64,000 bases of DNA from Hormiphora californensis (GCA_020137815.1 CM035352.1:7874001-7938000); one strand, 5' to 3'; shown: positions 24,301-37,509, numbered from the stretch's first letter. Program-made: numbers and translations. Notes: generated from the sequence alone by a model not told the origin.

Positions 24301-24336
24301 CTCAATAAATAGTTTTACGTTGTAGTTGATGAAAGT
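24301..24336 (-). other. Spliced-leader-like 36-mer at the LINE 5' end
   Basis: The minus strand reads ACTTTCATCAACTACAACGTAAAACTATTTATTGAG exactly at the element boundary. It is AT-rich, has no ATG, contains an ACTAC core, ends in TTGAG and is not followed by a GT donor. Confidence 0.65.
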
Positions 24337-24982
24337 TTCTGCGCGTGGTGTCCCCTGCGCGCGGTATCTTCTGGATGGGGAGCTCTCTTTGATGTGGTGC
24401 GCTCTGGGAGTGGTGTCTTTTGGAGGTGGTACGCTCTTGGATGGGGTGCGCTCTTGAACTTTATTATGGTTCCTTATTGGGTTCGATAAAAGGCAACAAC
24501 AAAAAACAACTCGGCGAACATTTTTAAATTTCTGATTTAAATAATGCGCGCACACCAATGCCACGCTTTGTCAAATACTATTGCGCGTTACATTCAATGC
24601 ATCGTATTTATCAAAACTGATTTAACAACAAATGTTGAGCTCCAAATTCCAAATTCCAAGCACAGGTTTTTATTTGTTAGTTTATTTTCGTCTTTTTGTG
24701 CTTTTAACGGTGAAAACGCTCCCTTTTGTCCACCTTATCGCTTTCTGGGCATTCACAAGAGTATTTTCTGTATGGTGTTATCCACGAGGATTAAAAATTC
24801 TGATTGGCGATCCAAAAAATAGTACAAAGGAAAAAGTACAGCTGCAGGAGCCTTCCTGCTTGGAGGCTCCTGCAGCTGTTGCCTGCTGTAGTCCTTTGTT
24901 GATGCGAATAGAACAGATTTAATAAATTGGCTAGTTGAAAATGGTGTCCTGGACTCATCTATCACCTCCAAAAAGGTAGTTC

Positions 24983-27900
24983 ATGTCTGAGAAGTTACCT
25001 CAAGAGAAAGCCCCTGGGCCATCCACCACGTCACAGGAGTACCAGAAAACTAAAGGTACAAATCGTTAAAAACAAATCTTACTGTTTCGGGTTTCCTCGG
25101 GCGGATCAACTAAGTACTAACAATGTCACTCTTTCAGCGACTACAAAGATCCCTGGTACGGCGGTGTTTAGATCTCCCTACTCCATTGCCAGTAATTCTC
25201 CAGCATGCACCCCCTACTACATCATGTCCACACCCGTTACTGCCGCTATGAATTCTAATGCTAGTGACGAGGATAAGCGGAGACATATCCACAACGAATC
25301 GGAAAGGAAACGAAAGAACAAGATGACGAAATGGGTGACAAGATTGAGTGCCATTGTTCCTGACTGCCAGCCTAAAATGAGTAAACATCTCATACTGGAG
25401 AAGACTGTACAGTTTGTGGAGCAGTTAAAGCAAGAGGCTGAGCTTCCAAATGATGTCCAGGCGCTCAAAGCTGAGATTGTGAAGCTCACGAAGAACGTGG
25501 AGTATCTGTCAACTGAAAATGCTCACTTTATGACTCTGTTAAAACATGCACAGAGCCTGAGTAGAGGTGCCTGGTCACTGAACATGTCTATAACACGAAA
25601 CCGATCTTCATCAAGTAAGAGTTTTATCATAAAACATCGGCAGGTAAGCATAGCATTATGAAACATAATGTAGTTATTTTTGTTACCTCCGTCCTCCATC
25701 CACTCTTCAGACAATACATCTAAAATGTAACATGTTTAACAGGCAGTGAGGGTGAGGACACTACGACAATGACTCCTACACTTGACAGGGTATCTGTCTC
25801 TAATCTTACCAAGGCATCCTCCGCCCCTAATCTACCGGTAAAATATTGATTAACATGGAATTGACATGTTAGCATGAAATTAACATAAGATTATCATGAA
25901 ATTAACATGTTGTTTTTCAGACGATAGTGCCAGTGTCAGGTACGACCTCGCAGAAGTTGTACACCCTTCCCCAACCTATACAGGTACACAACACAAATAT
26001 TTAACAGCACTAAAATATTGATATGAGTGATCACTGAGAGGGAGAGAGAGGGAGGTACAATGTCTCCTGACTCCGAGAAGGAGGGGAGGTACAATGTCTC
26101 CTGACTCCGAGAAGGAGGGGAGGTACAATGTCTCCTGACTCCGAGAATGAGGGGAGGTACAATGTCTCCTGACTCCGAGAAGGAGAGGAGGTACAATGTC
26201 TCCTGACTCCGAGAAGGAGGGGAGGTACAATGTCTCCTGACTCCGAGAAGGAGGGGAGGTACAATGTCTCCTGACTCCGAGAAGGAGGGGAGGTATAATG
26301 TGTCCTGACTCCGAGAAGGAGGGGAGGTACAATGTCTCTTGACTCCGAGAAGGAGGGGAGGTACAATGTCTCCTGACTCCGAGAAGGAGGGGAGGTACAA
26401 TGTCTCCTGACTCCGAGAAGGAGGGGAGGTACAATGTCTCCTGACTCCGAGAAGGAGGGGAGGTACAATGTCTCCTGACTCCGAGAAGGAGGGGAGGTAC
26501 AATCTCCTGCTTCCAGGTTTCTCCTGACCCTCTCGTTCATCAGGTAACGCTGCAACCCAAAGTAACTATGACCGCAATGACAACTACTGTTGGACCTAAC
26601 TTGGTGGCAGCTGGAACCCCCTTGGTATCTGCTAACCCATTACTGGCCGGAACTAACCTGGTCTCTGCTAACCTGGCCCAGGGAACACCTGTCCTAGCCC
26701 AGGGGACACCCGTCTTGGCTCAGGGGACACCCGTCTTGGCACAGGGGACACCTGTACACATTGCAGGAGTTCAGGTATTAATAGTGTAAGGTCAGAAAGT
26801 TTGTTATTCGTTTAGACTTTAGAGGGAGTTTTACTGGTTCAGGTATTTCTTCTGGTATTGGTTATCATTTAGCTGTTTAATTATGTGCCTAAATGTTCAC
26901 AAATCAATTTTCCCTCTCCTCAGGTTAAAGACAATACGGTGTTGAAGACAGCTCCCCAAGGTGTTACCGGGGGTACTACACACTCGATCCAGGCCTTACT
27001 GGGGGATAACAATGCAAACAACAAGACTGTCTTTCTACAAACTGCTAGCGTTCCAACTGATGGTAGGTTTGTCTGTCACTTTGTCTAGTGTCTGGTGCAG
27101 TGGATTTGTCTGTTTGTCGTTGTGTTTGCTGATGGTTGGTTTGTATGTTTGTCTGCGTTTTTGGTGAGTGAATAAGAGAAATATGATTTTACTTTCCTGC
27201 GTCATTGTGAATGGTACTTCCCTTTATCCAAATCTTCCCTATAATACAGGTGGAGCTAACGCAGTCTACATGACGAACAGTCCCATTGTAGCGGGCCCAA
27301 CCCACCAAACCCCGGTCCTGATCCAAGGAGAGAACGGTCCTGTGGTGATCATGATCCCAGCAGCACTACCCCTCCAAACTGCAGTCCCTCTCAATACAAT
27401 GTCCAGCAACCATATCATGTGTGAGCCGACATCGTACTTCAAGAGCCCCATTGTGCTAAACCAGTTCCCGCAGCTGCTGAATTATCAAGCGAGTGGGGAT
27501 CAGCCCGGGGGTCCTGGGGCTCCTGGGCAGGGTGTCACTGGGACTGTTCAGGTCGGATCAGCCGCTGTTATACAGGGTGAGTGTATTAAAATTGTGAGAT
27601 AGTGAGATAATATATTATAGTGGCCTTTTTGAAGTGTTCTAATATAAAGTAGAGCAGGAGCTGGTATATTATTGGTTTTATTTTACATGTAAAAGCCGGG
27701 AGTGATAAGAAATACACTGGAAATCTAACCCATCTCCCCATCTTTCCAGGGAGCCAGGGACAGCCCATGGTAGTCGGGACCCAGCCGGTTATTGCCCAGT
27801 TATCCTCCACAGCCACAGCTCCCACAATGGTTAACGTGAATCCTGGTGCTAGTGTCATCCAACAAGGGGGACAGGTGATTCAGCAGGGTGGACAGGTGAT

Positions 27901-29529
27901 TCAGCAGGGTGGAATGGTCGGGGTTCACACTGGACCCGTTACTGGCCCTGTCCTGATACCACAGGTAGATATAATGGGTAATTAGAGGGCAATTAGCGGG
28001 TAGATATGGGTAATTAGTGGGTGATTAGAGTTTTAATTTGATGTAATTAGTGATGGGGTAATATGTAATTTGATGTAGCTACAGTCGGGCCTCGATTTAC
28101 CAGCCCTGATTTACCGTGTCATTACATCTCTATCTCCATCAGGTATCGACTCACCAGGGTGGTCAATGTTTCATACCAATGGATGGTCATCACATGGTGC
28201 CAGTCCAACAGGTCACCACTACCCTAACAGCAGCTGGATCTGTTGATCAGATGCTACAAACCACCACACCACAACCACCCGTCAGCAGGTATTTGGTATA
28301 GTTACCCCCTAATATTCCATCTAGATTGCCCCTAATTGCGCCCCTCAGCTCCCCCTAATTGCCTCCCTAATTGCTAACTCTCACAGTTGCAGTGCACCGG
28401 GTGCCGACAGTGCTCTATCACAGGGTGAGAGCAAATACAAATAGAAACAAGTTAGTTAGTCAAACTAACTTGTTTCTATTTGTAATTGCTAACTCTCTCT
28501 AGATTATTTTCCCACCCTAATATTGCCCCCTAATCTCCACCCGTCCCAGGTATATAACTCCCTAGCTCCCTAGCTCCCTAGACCCACCCTAATCCACCAC
28601 CTCTTCTTGCAGGACCACGAACGTGACAGATTTCTCCATCTCCCCTGCTCCCAAGACCCACCCTAATCCCCCTCCCTCCCCAGGACCACGAACGTGACAG
28701 ATTTCTCCATCTCCCAAATCTGCCAGACCCAGCAGCAGTATAACTCCCTAGCTCCCCTTAATTGCTCCCTAGACCCACCCTAATCCCCCACCTCTTCTTG
28801 CAGGACCACGAACGTGACAGATTTCTCCATCTCCCAAATCTGCCAGACCCAGCAGCAGTATAACTCCCTGGCAGGGGATGACCACCAGAGTGACAAGTCA
28901 GATGACATATACCTCAGTACGTCAGATAGTAGGTAGATAATTATAGCATGATGACTGACACTACTACACTTCTGCAAAACAATATTTATTTGTCCTGTAG
29001 TTCCGTTATCTTGTAAGACTCCCACTGGCAACTAACCGAGTCTAGGAGTCAGGAGATAGGGTTTTTTTTCATAGCCACCTCTAATAAACTGAACAGCTAA
29101 CCCCCCCATTGCCCTCTATCAACTGTTAGCTAACCTCGTCTATCCCTCCTCCCAAATGTTTATAATACTTTATGCTGTTAGCTAACCACCTCTATTCCCC
29201 ATGAATTTAACAGCTAAATATCCAACCCTATTGCCCTCTAATCTTTATGTATTATTAGCTAACCACCTCAATTCTTTCCCAATGTTGTTGTTAGCTAACC
29301 ACCTCTATTCTTTCCCAATATTGCAGCTCCCACCCCCTCCCCCCAAATCACCATCTGACCACTTCTAACCACCTCAATTCTTTCCCAATATTGCAGCTTC
29401 GGTAGTGAGTGCTACACAACGTTAGGTAATGTCACCCTCAGTTCTGCGAGGGATGGAACACCTGAACCAGGGTCCGAGGGAGGGAAACAACTCAGCCACA
29501 GCATCGCCAACCTTACTGGAAATAACTGA
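24983..29529 (+). CDS. USF-family bHLH-zip transcription factor with a long low-complexity C-terminal region (multi-exon)
   Basis: KRRHIHNESERKRKNKMTKWVTRLSAIVPDCQPKMSKHLILEKTVQFVEQLKQ followed by a zipper-like segment, then a series of GT-AG exons with Gln/Pro/Val/Gly-rich sequence. Start and stop are inferred. Confidence 0.75.
26051..26507. repeat. Intronic 35-bp minisatellite, about 13 copies
   Basis: Unit GGAGGTACAATGTCTCCTGACTCCGAGAAGGAGGG with near-identical copies. Confidence 0.95.
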
Positions 29530-30007
29530 AACAATGATAGATTGGAATGTTGTGAGGCTCACACCGCGCTCTGTGAGGGTTCGGTAGATAAACTGGAATG
29601 AGATTTGAGATGTGTGAAAGATTAGATGAATTGCTCACTGCTCAGACTCGATTCTTTATGAGCGCACAAACTGCTAATAATTTATGTGATGGTAATGTGG
29701 ATAAACAATATATGTAAAGGTGACATAACTTGCACGCTTAAGCTGAACACAGTATGTTTTTCAAAGGAAAGAGTTATTTATGATGCGTTATTTATCTTTG
29801 AAATTGAAATGTTGCAAAAAATGCACTGCTGCGATCTATTTTTCGTTTCATTATACAAAATGTTCTTTTGGATTTTTACAAAAAGCGTTTAACCCAGGGA
29901 AAAGTTGATAAAACCCAACGCTTGTAAAGATCCAAAATGAACACCCTACACATGTATTCCGAATATGATTTAATAACTCTACACTCCGTATATTAATAGC
30001 CAGCACA

Positions 30008-33000
30008 ATGGGTAAGAAGACTAAAGTAGGAAAGTCCCGTAAGGACAAGTTTTACCAGCTAGCCAAGGAGACTGGTTACAGGGCCCGATCAGCCTTCAAA
30101 CTTATCCAGCTCAACAGGAAGTTTGGTTTCCTGGAGAATTCTCGAGTGTGCATTGATCTGTGTGCCGCTCCTGGGGGATGGTGTCAGGTTAGTGTCATTG
30201 CGTGGCGTCATAGTGTGACGTCATCGTGACGTCATTAGATCCTATTGTACAGAGTACCCAGCTCACATTGTTTATAGTTATCTCCCAATTCAACCCCCCA
30301 CTCCCCGCCCCGGCCCCCTCACCCCCACCCCCCCCCCCCAAATGTTTTGCAACCCCCTCGATATAGTTACGCTCCTTGTTTTGCAGGTAGCTGCCAAGTT
30401 CATGCCGGTATCATCCATCATTGTCGGAGTTGATCTCGTACCCATCAGGTAAGTCTCTTTACTCTTCAGCCTTGTTTTCCCACCTCCCCTCCCTCCTAAG
30501 TCCTATAACTGTATTATTTCCCAGGCCCATTCCCCCAAATAACTGTATTATTCCCCAGGACTATTCCCAATGTTACGACGATAGTGGATGACATCACGAC
30601 AGAGAGTTGTCGATCTAAACTAAAGAAACACCTCCAAACTTGGAAGGCAGACTGTGTGCTGAACGATGGTGCCCCTAATGTTGGACAAGCCTGGGCACAG
30701 GATGCTTTCAGTCAGGGTATGTAGAGGGGGGAACTGTGGGACATCGTTTGCCGCACTTTGTGCGACTGTTAGTGTAGCGGTGATAGCGTCGCCAGGGTTC
30801 ACTATGGGGTGGATGGCACTTTAGAGTTTAGTCAGGGTTGATTTTGTTTTTTCTCCTCCAACTGCAACTCAGCTGTTTCTAAACACCCTCTCCCCCTCTT
30901 CCAGCTCAACTATCTCTATCTAAACACCCCCTCCCTCTCTTCCTCAGCTCAACTGACCCTGCACGCCTTCAAGCTGGCATGTGAGTTCCTCAAGGAGGGT
31001 GGTATATTCGTCACAAAGGTGTTCCGATCTAAAGACTACCAACCTCTTATGTGGGTCTTCCAGCAACTCTTCAAGAAAGTCATGGCTACCAAACCACAGG
31101 CCTCGAGGAATGAGTCCGCCGAGATATTCGTTGTGTGCCAGGTAACTTCTGCCTTCTTTTCCATCTCTAGCTTTTATCTTTCTCTAATTTCTCTATAAAA
31201 TCCCCTTCTTTCAGCACTTCCTGGCCCCTGAGAAGATAGACCCCAAGTTCTTTAGCTACAAAAGTGTGTTTGCTGAGGTCACCAAGGATACGATCAGTAA
31301 CAACAATCAGAAACTAAACCTTATCAACCCCGCCGTAAGTGAAGTTTAAGTCTAACGACTAACAGTGCTGTAATTTAGTGAAGTTTCACACTACATTTAG
31401 CCAGTTTCCTAGTCAAGGAATGAAGTGTGTCAATTTTAAAAGACCACTAGTTTTATTTGTGTCTCTGTCACCATTCCAAAGAGTATAACACTAAGGTCTT
31501 GTTCCCAGAAAAAGACAAGGAAAAGGGAGGGTTATGCCGATGACGCTACCCTGTCCCTTCACAAGACTGTGTCTGCTAGAGAATTCATTGACTCACCTGA
31601 CTTCCTTGATCTGTTGAGTATCGCTTACACTATCGGTAAGTGCAATGGTAGGACACTAATATCCGTTGTTTGAACGGACAACTAATTCGTTGATATATAA
31701 CCGTGGAGTTTAGCTAACACTCGCAATTCCCCCAAGAATGTGACACTAATTTTACCCCCCCCCCCCCCCCAGAGATGAAAGATGACAAGTTGAAAGACAG
31801 CAAACATACTACTGATGACATTCTAGAGTACCTCAAAGATGTCAAAGTATTGGGAAAGAAGGAAATCAGGTTAGTGTATAACAGTCTTAAGAAATAAGAA
31901 ATAACTACACTTTGATACAGTTAATTGAATAATTAATATCAGCACTAATATGTAAAAACATGCACTCTTATCTGCTCAGTTATCCGTGCCTAGGCTTAGG
32001 ACCATGGCCAGGGCCTTTTTTGTGAAAGGCAGATTTAACACGCTGAATCTTATCCACTAGCTCCCTAAATGTGGCATTTTCCTCATTTTCCTCCTTATCT
32101 TCGTGTTTATCATCTTCTTCATCTTCTTCATCTTCTTCGTCAACACTATCAATTGGAAAGGTTGGAGCTATCATATCTCCACTGGTATCAGCCGTATCGT
32201 TGCTCTCCGAAACACTATCAATTGGAATGGTTGGAGCTATCATATCGTCACTAGTGTCAGCCGTATCGTTGCTCTCCGAAACACTATCAACTGGAATGGT
32301 TGGAGCTATCATATCGTCACTGGTATCAGCGGTATCGTTGCTCTCCGAAACACTATCAATTGGAAAGGTTGGAGCTATCATATCATCACTAGTGTCAGCC
32401 GTATCGTTGCTATCCGAAACTAGGAAGGTTCCATTTCCTCCAGCTATCATGATAGACCCTTCCGTAGCTGTATCCGCAACTGGTAGTGCAACTGATAAAG
32501 GAAGGGTCATTATAGTTAGGGGATTTTAGTAAAAAAAGGGCCAAGTTTTCAGCAAAATTTTTAACAAGCTAGGGGGGGGGTGCAGCCCAAAAAAAAACCA
32601 ACCATACCCTGGATTTTCAAAAGTGTTGATTTTTTTTGGTCGTTTTTGATTTTTTTTGATTTTTTTTGGTCGTTTTTGATTTTTTTTAATTTTTTTTGAT
32701 CTTTTTTGATTTTTTTTAATTTTTTTTGATCTTTTTTGATTTTTTTTGATCTTTTTTTATTTTTTTTGATCGTTTTTGATTTTTTTTGAATTTTTTTGAT
32801 CGTTTTTGATTTTATTTGATCGTTTTTGATTTTTTTTGAACTTTTTGTTCAACATTAAACAATCAAAAAAAATCAAAAACGATCAAAAAAATTCAAAAAC
32901 GATCAAAAAAATTCAAAAAAAATCAAAAACGATCAAAAAAAATCAAAAACGACCAAAAAAATCAAAAACGACCAAAAAAAATCAAAGAAATTTCAACCAA

Positions 33001-36000
33001 AAACGACCAAAAACGACCAAAAAAAACCAACCATACCCTGGGTTTCGGAAAAAGTTTGAATTTTTTTGGGGCTGCACCCCCCCAAGCTAATTTCTTCACC
33101 AATAGGTCCGGATAGGTGTCTAGTATGACCAAAAAAAAGTACACGATAATCGGAAGTGCGCACGCGTACTGAGCGCGCAAGAAGTAAACACATGTAATTA
33201 CATGTATTTCTAGCCTGGCACGAAAACCCAAAAACTATCTTAGGAGACGAGTAGAGAAAAAATCAAGGGCACTAGATTGTGTAGCGTCCTCGCATTAGTG
33301 GGGGTAGGTGCTGGAATTAAGTCTCTATCTCATCTGGTTAATTAGATAATTGGATAATTAGATATGCGCATAACCGTATTTTGGCTATATGGCTATAGCC
33401 ACTTAGGAATGGTTTATAGACTTTTCACTGGTGCCATTTTGTAGGCAATAGCCAAGTTATGGGGGGTCGACGTCGGACATTTAAGCTCTATCTCCAACCG
33501 TTTGGCCGCTATTTGGCTTTAAAGATGCTCAAAATCGGGCTTTTTACCGTTTTTTGCTCATTTTGAGCATCTTTAAAGCCAAATAGCGGCCAAACGGTTG
33601 GAGATAGAGCTTAAATGTCCGACGTCGACCCCCCATAACTTGGCTATTGCCTACAAAATGGCACCAGTGAAAAGTCTATAAACCATTCCTAAGTGGCTAT
33701 AGCCATATAGCCAAAATACGGTTATGCGCATATCTAATTATCCAATTATCTAATTAACCAGATGAGATAGAGACTTAATTCCAGCACCTACCCCCACTAA
33801 TTCGAGGACGCTACACAATCTAGTGCCCTTGATTTTTTCTCTACTCGTCTCCTAAGATGGTTTTTGGGTTTTCGTGCCAGGCTAGAAATACATGTAATTA
33901 CATGTGTTTACTTCTTGCGCACTCAGCGCGCGTGCGCACTTCCGATTATCGTGTACTTTTTTTTGGTCATACTAGACACCTATCCGGACCTATTGGTGAA
34001 GAAATTAGCTTGTTAAAAATTTTGCTGAAAAAATATACTAAAATCCCCTTACTATTAGCTTAATACACTATACTATAGACCTAAGTCTATCATTTAAAGG
34101 AAAATACATCTAAGAAACATGTATCGATCGTTGAAACCAATAAAAGCGAAATACAATTATTTCATTCTTATGAACAGTACCTGTTAGTGTAATTGCACAC
34201 GTCAATACCAATAGAATTGTTGGAAAGTTCATTTTTAGAGACGATCAACGCACCGCAAGATGTAGAGGGAAAATGAATGATTGAGCTCTTTATCCCCCCC
34301 CTTTCTCTCACACGGGGTCACCCCTCTGTTTCTCCATCTCTTTGTTTCTCTATCTCCATCTTTTTGTTCCTATTCCTTCATTGAGATTTCAACAGTGTTT
34401 CTTGTTCGTTTCTGATCTGATGAGGCGAGGGTGATACATGTTTTGCAGTTCAAGCAACGCATCAAACATCGTCATTTTATCATTTTGCTTTGGGGCCTAA
34501 TTTGGTTTTTGGGACCGGAGAGTCTAGCTATGTTTTATTAAAGTTGATAAAATTAATGTAGCAGGAATGAATAGAGAAACAATGAATGATAGACTTATTT
34601 GATGATGACCCCCCTGCCCCAGCCCATTTTAATTTCCTACCTCCAGTCCTACTATCTTTCCCTTCCTCTATTTCTCCCATTAAAACACCACCAACTCCAC
34701 AGGGCAGTGATAAAGTGGAGGGAGAAGATAATAAAAGAAGAGAACCCAGACCAGGGAAAGGAGGATAAAGAAGAAGAGATGGAGGTTCAGGAGGAAGAGG
34801 AGGATGAGAAGGTTAGTGTGAGAAGGGTGGATATAAATGCATGATATACCTATCAAGTATTTAATCAAGTATTTAATCACTCTTCTCATCTTCATTATAT
34901 GAGGTCGAAAAGAGTAAAATTCAGTTCAGGATTTCTTTCTTCACAGCACTGTATAATATATCTGATTTCAGACTAAGATTGAGCACCAAATCCTGGAGTT
35001 GGAGGCAGCAGAGAAGGTTGCAGAGCGACACAAGAAGAAGAAGCAGAGCAAACTAAAAGAGAAGAATCTGAGCAAAGTGGCCCGAAACTTGGATGTACCG
35101 AAAGAGGCATTTGGCGCAGATGAGGACCCATCTCTATTTAATCTTCACAACATCAAGTCGAAAAAGGTAACACAGAAAATAGTTGTAAATCAAACTTCAT
35201 TGGCCCTTAAAATACGAATTTATACTTCCACACTCAAGTGTTCCCTATACTATCTCTATTCATTTTCTAAAAACAACACTGCTTCCATTTCAGCATCTGG
35301 ACGAAGTAGAAGAAACCGAGATATCAGCTGGAGAAGAGGACGAAGAAGAAGAGCTGGAGTTCGAGACAGAAGATGAAGATGAGAGTGAGAAAGAAGAAGA
35401 AGAAGAGTCTGGGGAAGAGATAGACTCTGCTTCAGATGAAGATGAGGAGGATGGTAAAGAAGAGGAGGAGGAGGAAGAGAACCCCCTGGTTGTGAAGGAG
35501 AGTAAGGAGAAAGTGGATAAAACTAAACTGTGGTTTAGTAAGGTGAGGAGATCACTTCTCGTTTTGTTGTAATTGTTACGCACGGCTCTCCCTCCTCTCC
35601 GGGCGTTCTCAAATTTCACCACCTTGTCTACCACGGTGAGCTAAGTCCAGCTAGCTTCAACTACTGCCAAGATACAACAAAGGATCAGCTACAACTACAA
35701 CTCCTACCTACAATCACATATCAGATAAGAGCGTTCATTTATTGTTCATTTTTTGTTCATTGTATTTCCTAGTGGCTGTTTTCTGTTTTTTAGTTGTCTG
35801 TTGTAGGGTGCCTCCTGTCTGTCCTTATTCCTCGAGTATTGTTGTAGTTGTGTCTTTGTGTCCGTGTTTTGGAGTAGTGGCTTTTGGGCACTGCCACTAG
35901 GGCCTGCGGGGCTCTTTTACTTCTGCTGCCTCCTTCTCTAGTTCCCTTGCCTAGGCAGGTTTGCGTTCCCTCCCTTTTTTAAGGGTTCCGGTTGCTGTAC

Positions 36001-37448
36001 GTTTGTAGGGTCCGGTTGGGATTGTGTTAGCCAGGTCTTTTAGTCCACCATTTCTCCTGCAGTGGTGGGTCCCCGCGGCTGTGTTTGGTGTGGGGCCTTG
36101 TGTGAGCCAGTGGGGTGCACCCCGGGTGGCAGTTAGGGCAGTTAGGGCGGCGTGTCTAGGGTGTGAGCTAGGGGGCTCCTGGGGTGGGGAAGGAGGGGGG
36201 TTTGGGTTAGATCTCATCTTATTCACTAACATGAAGCAATCCGACATACCAGGGTTTCATTCTCAGGGCATCTCTCCTGTGTGAGAAAGAGGTAAAGATC
36301 TTTCACTCTCCACCTAACCCAAACATGTTTCAGGATCACAATATAGAGCGGTTGTATTGATCACAATCACCCACCCATTTTCCAGGTTTTCCGCGTACCT
36401 GTTTCTATATAAGTGCACATTGCTCAGTGTGCAGTATGCAGTATGCACTCCTTCTCTTTTCTAGTTCCCTTTCAGGCAGTCAGTTCTTTTGCTCTACCCT
36501 TCTTCTTCCAGTATTTTGTGTCTTCCGGTTCGTCGTCCTGCCTTGTTAGGCAGGTCATTTTCCAGACAGGGGAAGTTTTTGAAAAATTGGGGGGATAAAG
36601 AGATATTCCCAGATGAGGATGAGGAAAGAGGGGTTTTTAAAGAAGATGAGGAGGGGGAGGAAGAGAACCCCTGGTTTAAAGAGAGAAGGGGGAAAGGAAA
36701 AGTGGAAAAAAAAAAAAACTGTGGTTTAGCAAGGTGAGGAGATTGAAAGTTGTAATATCATCACTTTACTATCTTCATTTTGACATTAAAATCCTTTCTG
36801 GCTTCTTCCTATCCAGCACAATTTAGGGTTCTCATTCTCATGAAGTAACCATGTAACACCCCATGTTCCTCAGTTGAAAGAGAAGTTGGCAGAAGATGAT
36901 GATGAGGAGGATGAGGACAGAGAGGTGGGAGCCATGGCTAATGCACTGGGTGTAGCTACCGACAAGAAAAGTATGTGAATCCCGGTTTAATAGAGATTAA
37001 TTTGTAGCAGTTTGATCAGTTTGTCCCTCTAAGCACGTGTCCTCTCTCTCCGTCTTCCTCCCACTAATACTAACACCAGCATCACCCCTGCTAGAAGTTA
37101 CATTCGATGTTCCTGTGGAAACACCCAAAGAAGCTGATAAACCTGAAGAGAAGAAAAAGGAAAAGAAAGGAAATGATGATGATGATGATGATGATGAATC
37201 GGAGACTGACACAGAAGATGGTACGATAGTGATTAGTGATACAATGGTCTTCTTTTGTAAAATCGTTCGAACAAGGGGTAAAAGATATAGGAACGATGGA
37301 GTGATTAAAAAAGTCGAGCAAGGCTATGTTAAGACATGCAACTAACATAGTTCACCCTCACAATAGAGTCAGATGATGAAGACTACAGGGAGCTGAGAAA
37401 GAAGAGGAAGAAGGGTCCTGAGGACAAGGAGGACTTGGAGGTAGTACC

Positions 37449-37509
<61 letters not shown>

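Larger units (their letters stand above)
18357..24336 (-). mobile_element. Full-length two-ORF non-LTR retrotransposon (CR1/L2 group), about 5.98 kb, with SL-like 5' end and (AAACTT)n tail
   Basis: Intact ORF1 and ORF2, a 3' UTR of about 1.5 kb, tail repeats at 18357-18381, and a possible 2-bp TSD (AA on the minus strand). Both boundaries are defined by the host MITE. Confidence 0.9.
18111..24474. mobile_element. Palindromic MITE (arms 18111-18356 and 24337-24474) split by a LINE insertion
   Basis: TA|AGGAACCATAATAAAGTTCAAGAGC ... GCTCTTGAACTTTATTATGGTTCCT|TA. Removing the LINE restores the central palindrome CGCGCAGAAGAGACC...GGTCTCTT|CTGCGCG. Confidence 0.85.

Noticed and set aside
24235-24564. 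N-terminal 110 aa of the 588-aa ORF in the track
   Set aside because: It crosses the LINE boundary into MITE and flanking DNA from a GTG start; a chance open frame.
26051-26507. 35-bp repeat array resembling CRISPR, with ORFs in three frames
   Set aside because: There are no spacers; it is a head-to-tail intronic minisatellite in a eukaryote, and the ORFs arise from a stop-free unit.
28957-28992. Second SL-like stretch (CACTACTACAC..AACAATATTTATTTG)
   Set aside because: It is intronic, lacks a terminal AG or GT donor, and has only loose similarity.
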